This document shows positions 60,945 to 64,000 of a stretch of 64,000 nt of DNA, piece after piece (position 1 is the first letter of the stretch; the number at the start of each line of letters is the position of its first letter). Where the stretch lies: contig JAJXWW010000084.1 of the NCBI GenBank assembly GCA_021781415.1, positions 14,234 to 78,233 on the forward strand, read 5' to 3'. The stretch comes from Planctomycetota bacterium. Its GTDB lineage: Bacteria > Planctomycetota > Planctomycetia > Gemmatales > Gemmataceae. The position numbers were made by a program, and so were the translations under genes. A model generated the notes under the pieces. The model did not search any database and was not told the DNA's origin. It was given only the letters and a program-made list of their open reading frames with translations.

Positions 60945-61448
60945 TTAGCTTTCGGGGCGCGAGATTATCGGGAAGTTATGGCGTTCGCCGCGACCGCGCA
61001 TCGGATAATCCTTGCGCATCGGGAACGAAGTAAACTCATCGGGCAACAAAATGCGGCGCAGATCGGGATGACCGTCGAAGACGACGCCGTACATATCGTA
61101 CACCTCGCGCTCCATCCAATCGGCTCCCTTCCACAGTGGATAAACCGAAGGCACGGTCGGTTCCGGATCGTTGGTAAACGTCTTGACGATCAGTCTCACG
61201 CCCGTCGTCGTGTTCACCAACACATACCACACGCCATAGCGATCCCTGGCATTGGGATATTGTAAATAATCCGCTCCACCCAACTCGGCGAGGAGATCGA
61301 ATCCGCACGATATTTTCAAATACTCCAGCACGGAGTAGACGCGCTCGACCGGTAAGATAATTCGATAGTTGTCGCGGAATTCGGAGGTAGAAAAAGCGTC
61401 TGCTCCGAATCGCTCGCGCAACTTATTCACAATCTCTTCGCGCGTCAT
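60945..61448 (-). CDS. nuoC: NADH-quinone oxidoreductase subunit C
   Basis: PLWKGADWMEREVYDMYGVVFDGHPDLRRILLPDEF. Confidence 0.93.
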   Translation of the reverse strand: MTREEIVNKLRERFGADAFSTSEFRDNYRIILPVERVYSVLEYLKISCGFDLLAELGGADYLQYPNARDRYGVWYVLVNTTTGVRLIVKTFTNDPEPTVPSVYPLWKGADWMEREVYDMYGVVFDGHPDLRRILLPDEFTSFPMRKDYPMRGRGERHNFPIISRPES

Positions 61449-61566
61449 ACCATCCTCACTCGATTTTTAGCCGCAGATAATCGAGGACAAATATAAAACC
61501 ACAGACGTTTATCGTTCTCGTGGTCTCGATCCACTTTTATCCGCCTTCATCCGTGGCCAATTAAAT

Positions 61567-62160
61567 CTACTCCGATTGCAAGCGCGTGGCCGTGGCATAA
61601 TTTCCGGGGGCGACCATTCTCTCGGTCGGCGGCACATCGACGGCCAGGGAGCGCGGCGGATGCCCTTGGGCGGGTATCTGAAACTCTTTGCCCGCGATGG
61701 TTCCAGTGCGTTGGATCTTGTCTTGCAGATCGATCACCGATTGCAGCAATTGTTCCGGGCGCGGCGGACAGCCGGGAACGTAGACATCTACCGGGATGAA
61801 GCGGTCGATCCCCTGCACCACGGCGTAGGTATCGAACACACCGCCCGACGAGGCGCACGCCCCCATCGAAATGCACCATTTCGGCTCCGGCATTTGCAGC
61901 CAGATGCGCTGCAACACCGGCAGCATCTTCATGGCCACGCGCCCGGCGACGATCATCAGATCGCACTGGCGCGGCGTGAAGCGCATCGCCTCGGCACCGA
62001 AGCGGGCGATGTCGTGGCGCGAGGCTCCGGTGGCCATCAACTCGATGCCGCAGCAAGCGGTGGCGAACGGCATCGGCCACAGGCTGTTCTTGCGAACCCA
62101 ATTGGCCAACTTGTCCAGCTGCGTCACCATCACGCTCTCGGACAATCCCTCTACCGCCAT
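61567..62160 (-). CDS. nuoB: NADH-quinone oxidoreductase subunit B
   Basis: [30 protein letters not shown] and [12 protein letters not shown] 62160 overlaps the nuoA stop by 10 nt. The track's longer start is rejected. Confidence 0.93.
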   Translation of the reverse strand: MAVEGLSESVMVTQLDKLANWVRKNSLWPMPFATACCGIELMATGASRHDIARFGAEAMRFTPRQCDLMIVAGRVAMKMLPVLQRIWLQMPEPKWCISMGACASSGGVFDTYAVVQGIDRFIPVDVYVPGCPPRPEQLLQSVIDLQDKIQRTGTIAGKEFQIPAQGHPPRSLAVDVPPTERMVAPGNYATATRLQSE

Positions 62161-62558
62161 CGGAACACCCCTCGCCGCCAGGCGTAAATGTAGGCGACCA
62201 CCACCGACAGAAGAAATACCAACACTTCCCAAAACACCAGCGATTGGAACTCGCCCGGCAGATACGAACTCGGCTCGCCGGGGCCGCTCGCCCACGGATA
62301 CATCGCCGCCCACGGATACAAGAATAACAACTCGACATCGAATACGAGGAAGAGAATGGCGATCAAGTAGAACTTCACGTCGAAATGTTGCCGCGCGTCG
62401 CCGATGGGGTCCATGCCGGATTCGTAAGGCATCTGCTTGACCGGAGTGCGCCGCAGCGGGCCGAGCAAATGCGTCACCACCAACGCCGACACGGCAAAGC
62501 CGACGACCACCAACAGGAAGAGGAAGATCGGATAATAGGTGGAGAGTGCGAAGTCCAT
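62151..62558 (-). CDS. nuoA: NADH-quinone oxidoreductase subunit A
   Basis: 3-TM protein with [40 protein letters not shown]. Confidence 0.93.
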   Translation of the reverse strand: MDFALSTYYPIFLFLLVVVGFAVSALVVTHLLGPLRRTPVKQMPYESGMDPIGDARQHFDVKFYLIAILFLVFDVELLFLYPWAAMYPWASGPGEPSSYLPGEFQSLVFWEVLVFLLSVVVAYIYAWRRGVFRWR

Positions 62559-62845
62559 TGCGACGACCTACTTCGTGATTTTTTTCACAATGTCGTTCAA
62601 AAAGAAACCTCGACCGGATGTCGAGGATAGCGGGCGTCGTCTCCCTTACCTCGTTTACTTATAGGAATGCGCCGAAGGAGGGACAAGGGGAGTCGAACCG
62701 ATCGGTGGGCGACACGACCGAACTCGGCGAATGCCGTCTTGACGCTAACCGGGTTCCCTGCGACGATAAACAAATCGCCGCCCGCCGACCAGCCGAATCA
62801 ATCCCGCCGTATTCGGGATCGCGCCTCGTACCAAAGGTTCCTCGC

Positions 62846-63874
62846 ATGGCATGGAAACCCTTTCTCTCTCGCCGCAACCTGTGCCTGGTCTCCGCCGCGT
62901 TCGTCCTGTCCGGTTGCCGCAAGCAAGAGGAGATTCACGAATACAGCGTGCCGAAGGAACCGCCGGTGCGTCTGTTGGCGGTGTTGGTTCCGCGCGACGA
63001 CAGCACTTGGTTCTTCAAGTTGATTGGCCCCGCCTCCGAAGTGGCCAAGCATGTGAAAGCCTTCGATGGATTCGTTGCTTCCGTTCATTTCACGAATCGG
63101 GCCGGCTCTCCCATCGAGTGGACCGTGCCCGACGGTTGGAGTGAAGAACATAGCGACGAGCGATTCTACGCCGTTCTTCGCGTCGCGGGGCAGTCGATGC
63201 CCCTGCCTCTCACCGTCACGCGGCTTGGGCCTCAAGCCAAGAATGTTCGCGCCAATGTGGACCGCTGGAGGAACCAGATCGGTCTCGATGAAATCGCCGA
63301 GGCCGACTTGAGCAAACTCGAAAACAATATCCAGGTGGATGGCGGCAAGGCGACCCGTGTGGACTTCATCGGGCCGGGCGCGGGCAAGGGCATCTACCGA
63401 GGCGATGCCGTTCCACCTCGCCGACCTTTTACCTTCGCCAAGCCCAAGGCGTGGGAAGAATTGCCTGCGGACTCGGTAAAAGGCTTTCGCCGCGAGGCCG
63501 TGTTTCGAGTCGGCGAGGGAGCAAAAACCGCGCAAACTACGGTCATGCGCTTCAACGGCGATGGCGGTGGCGATTTAATGAACGTCAATCGTTGGCGCGG
63601 CGAGCTTGGACTCGAACCGGCTAAGGAAGAAGATCTGCGGCGAGATCTGCGCGCGTTGAAATCGGCATCGGGACCGGCGCGCTATATCGAATTGTCGAGC
63701 CGTGGGAAGGGCGAGGCGAAGGCGACGTTGGGCGCTTGGCTGGCCCACGGCGGGCAAACGTGGTTTATCACAATGAAAGGGCCGGCCGATGTCGTTCGCG
63801 CGCAGCAGCCGGCTTTTGAAGCGTTCGTACAATCGTTCCGCTTCGACAGCGGGGCAGGAGCTGCTCATGAGTGA
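62846..63874 (+). CDS. hypothetical lipoprotein with an internally duplicated domain
   Basis: ATG 62846. Lipobox LSGC in MAWKPFLSRRNLCLVSAAFVLSGCRK. Two halves share NV(D/N)RWR.(Q/E).GL...E.DL. Divergent from the nuo operon. Confidence 0.7.
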   Translation: MAWKPFLSRRNLCLVSAAFVLSGCRKQEEIHEYSVPKEPPVRLLAVLVPRDDSTWFFKLIGPASEVAKHVKAFDGFVASVHFTNRAGSPIEWTVPDGWSEEHSDERFYAVLRVAGQSMPLPLTVTRLGPQAKNVRANVDRWRNQIGLDEIAEADLSKLENNIQVDGGKATRVDFIGPGAGKGIYRGDAVPPRRPFTFAKPKAWEELPADSVKGFRREAVFRVGEGAKTAQTTVMRFNGDGGGDLMNVNRWRGELGLEPAKEEDLRRDLRALKSASGPARYIELSSRGKGEAKATLGAWLAHGGQTWFITMKGPADVVRAQQPAFEAFVQSFRFDSGAGAAHE

Positions 63875-64000
63875 AAGTCGCATCCAAACCGCGCCCTTGC
63901 CGCGCAGCGAGCCGACACCGGACGCATCTCCGTCGGCATCGCCTCAAGGCAATCTGTGGCGCGTTGTCCAGTCGATTCTGCGGCCGTTCGCATCGCTGCG
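63867..64000 (+). CDS. hypothetical protein, 3' end cut by window edge
   Basis: ATG 63867 overlaps the upstream stop region (ATGAGTGA). The frame stays open to base 64000 (MSESRIQTAPLPRSEPTPDASPSASPQGNLWRVVQSILRPFASL). Not in the ORF track because it is truncated. Confidence 0.4.
   Translation, partial: MSESRIQTAPLPRSEPTPDASPSASPQGNLWRVVQSILRPFASL

Noticed and set aside
61449-61566. AT-rich 118-nt nuoB-nuoC spacer considered as an insertion remnant or internal promoter
   Set aside because: It contains only one modest imperfect hairpin and no repeat-family match or ORF. That is too little evidence for a call.

Overview
High-GC bacterial chromosomal segment. The gene content points to Planctomycetota (inference): a DUF1501 protein, two DUF1559 prepilin-like proteins, an ECF sigma factor next to a giant WD40 Ser/Thr kinase, and an EF-Tu with a lengthened switch-I region. 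I can support about 60 protein genes, 5 tRNAs, several hairpin terminators or leaders, and three families of intergenic palindromic repeats.

Layout:
- 1-22.3 kb holds accessory, envelope and regulatory genes: DUF1501, a WD40 protein, an AT-shifted HEPN-like two-gene cassette, an NHL propeller, a STAS protein and an acyl-CoA carboxyltransferase. It also has an ECF-sigma/STK/DUF1559/Cys-rich operon, a cluster of three glycosyltransferases plus an ABC exporter, a HEAT lipoprotein and an epimerase.
- 22.4-40.4 kb holds prfB with its programmed +1 frameshift. It is followed by the conserved block tRNA(Thr-Tyr-Gly-Thr)-tuf-rpmG-tRNA(Trp)-secE-nusG-rplKAJL-rpoBC.
- 40.6-62.6 kb (minus strand) holds cca, rsmD, a nucleoside-type MFS transporter, rplM-rpsI and a complete nuoA-N operon. 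The nuo operon is interrupted by a lipoprotein gene and a DUF433/DUF5615 toxin-antitoxin-like pair.

I saw no rRNA, CRISPR array, transposase or integrase.

Best follow-up candidates:
- the Rx4H (HEPN-like) cassette at 2.15-3.17 kb
- the TA pair nested between nuoE and nuoF
- the oversized SecE
- the covarying palindromic repeat families
- an orphan antisense terminator in the rplL-rpoB spacer

Nothing here is demonstrably a new system from sequence alone. All functional calls come from motif recognition by eye, not database searches.
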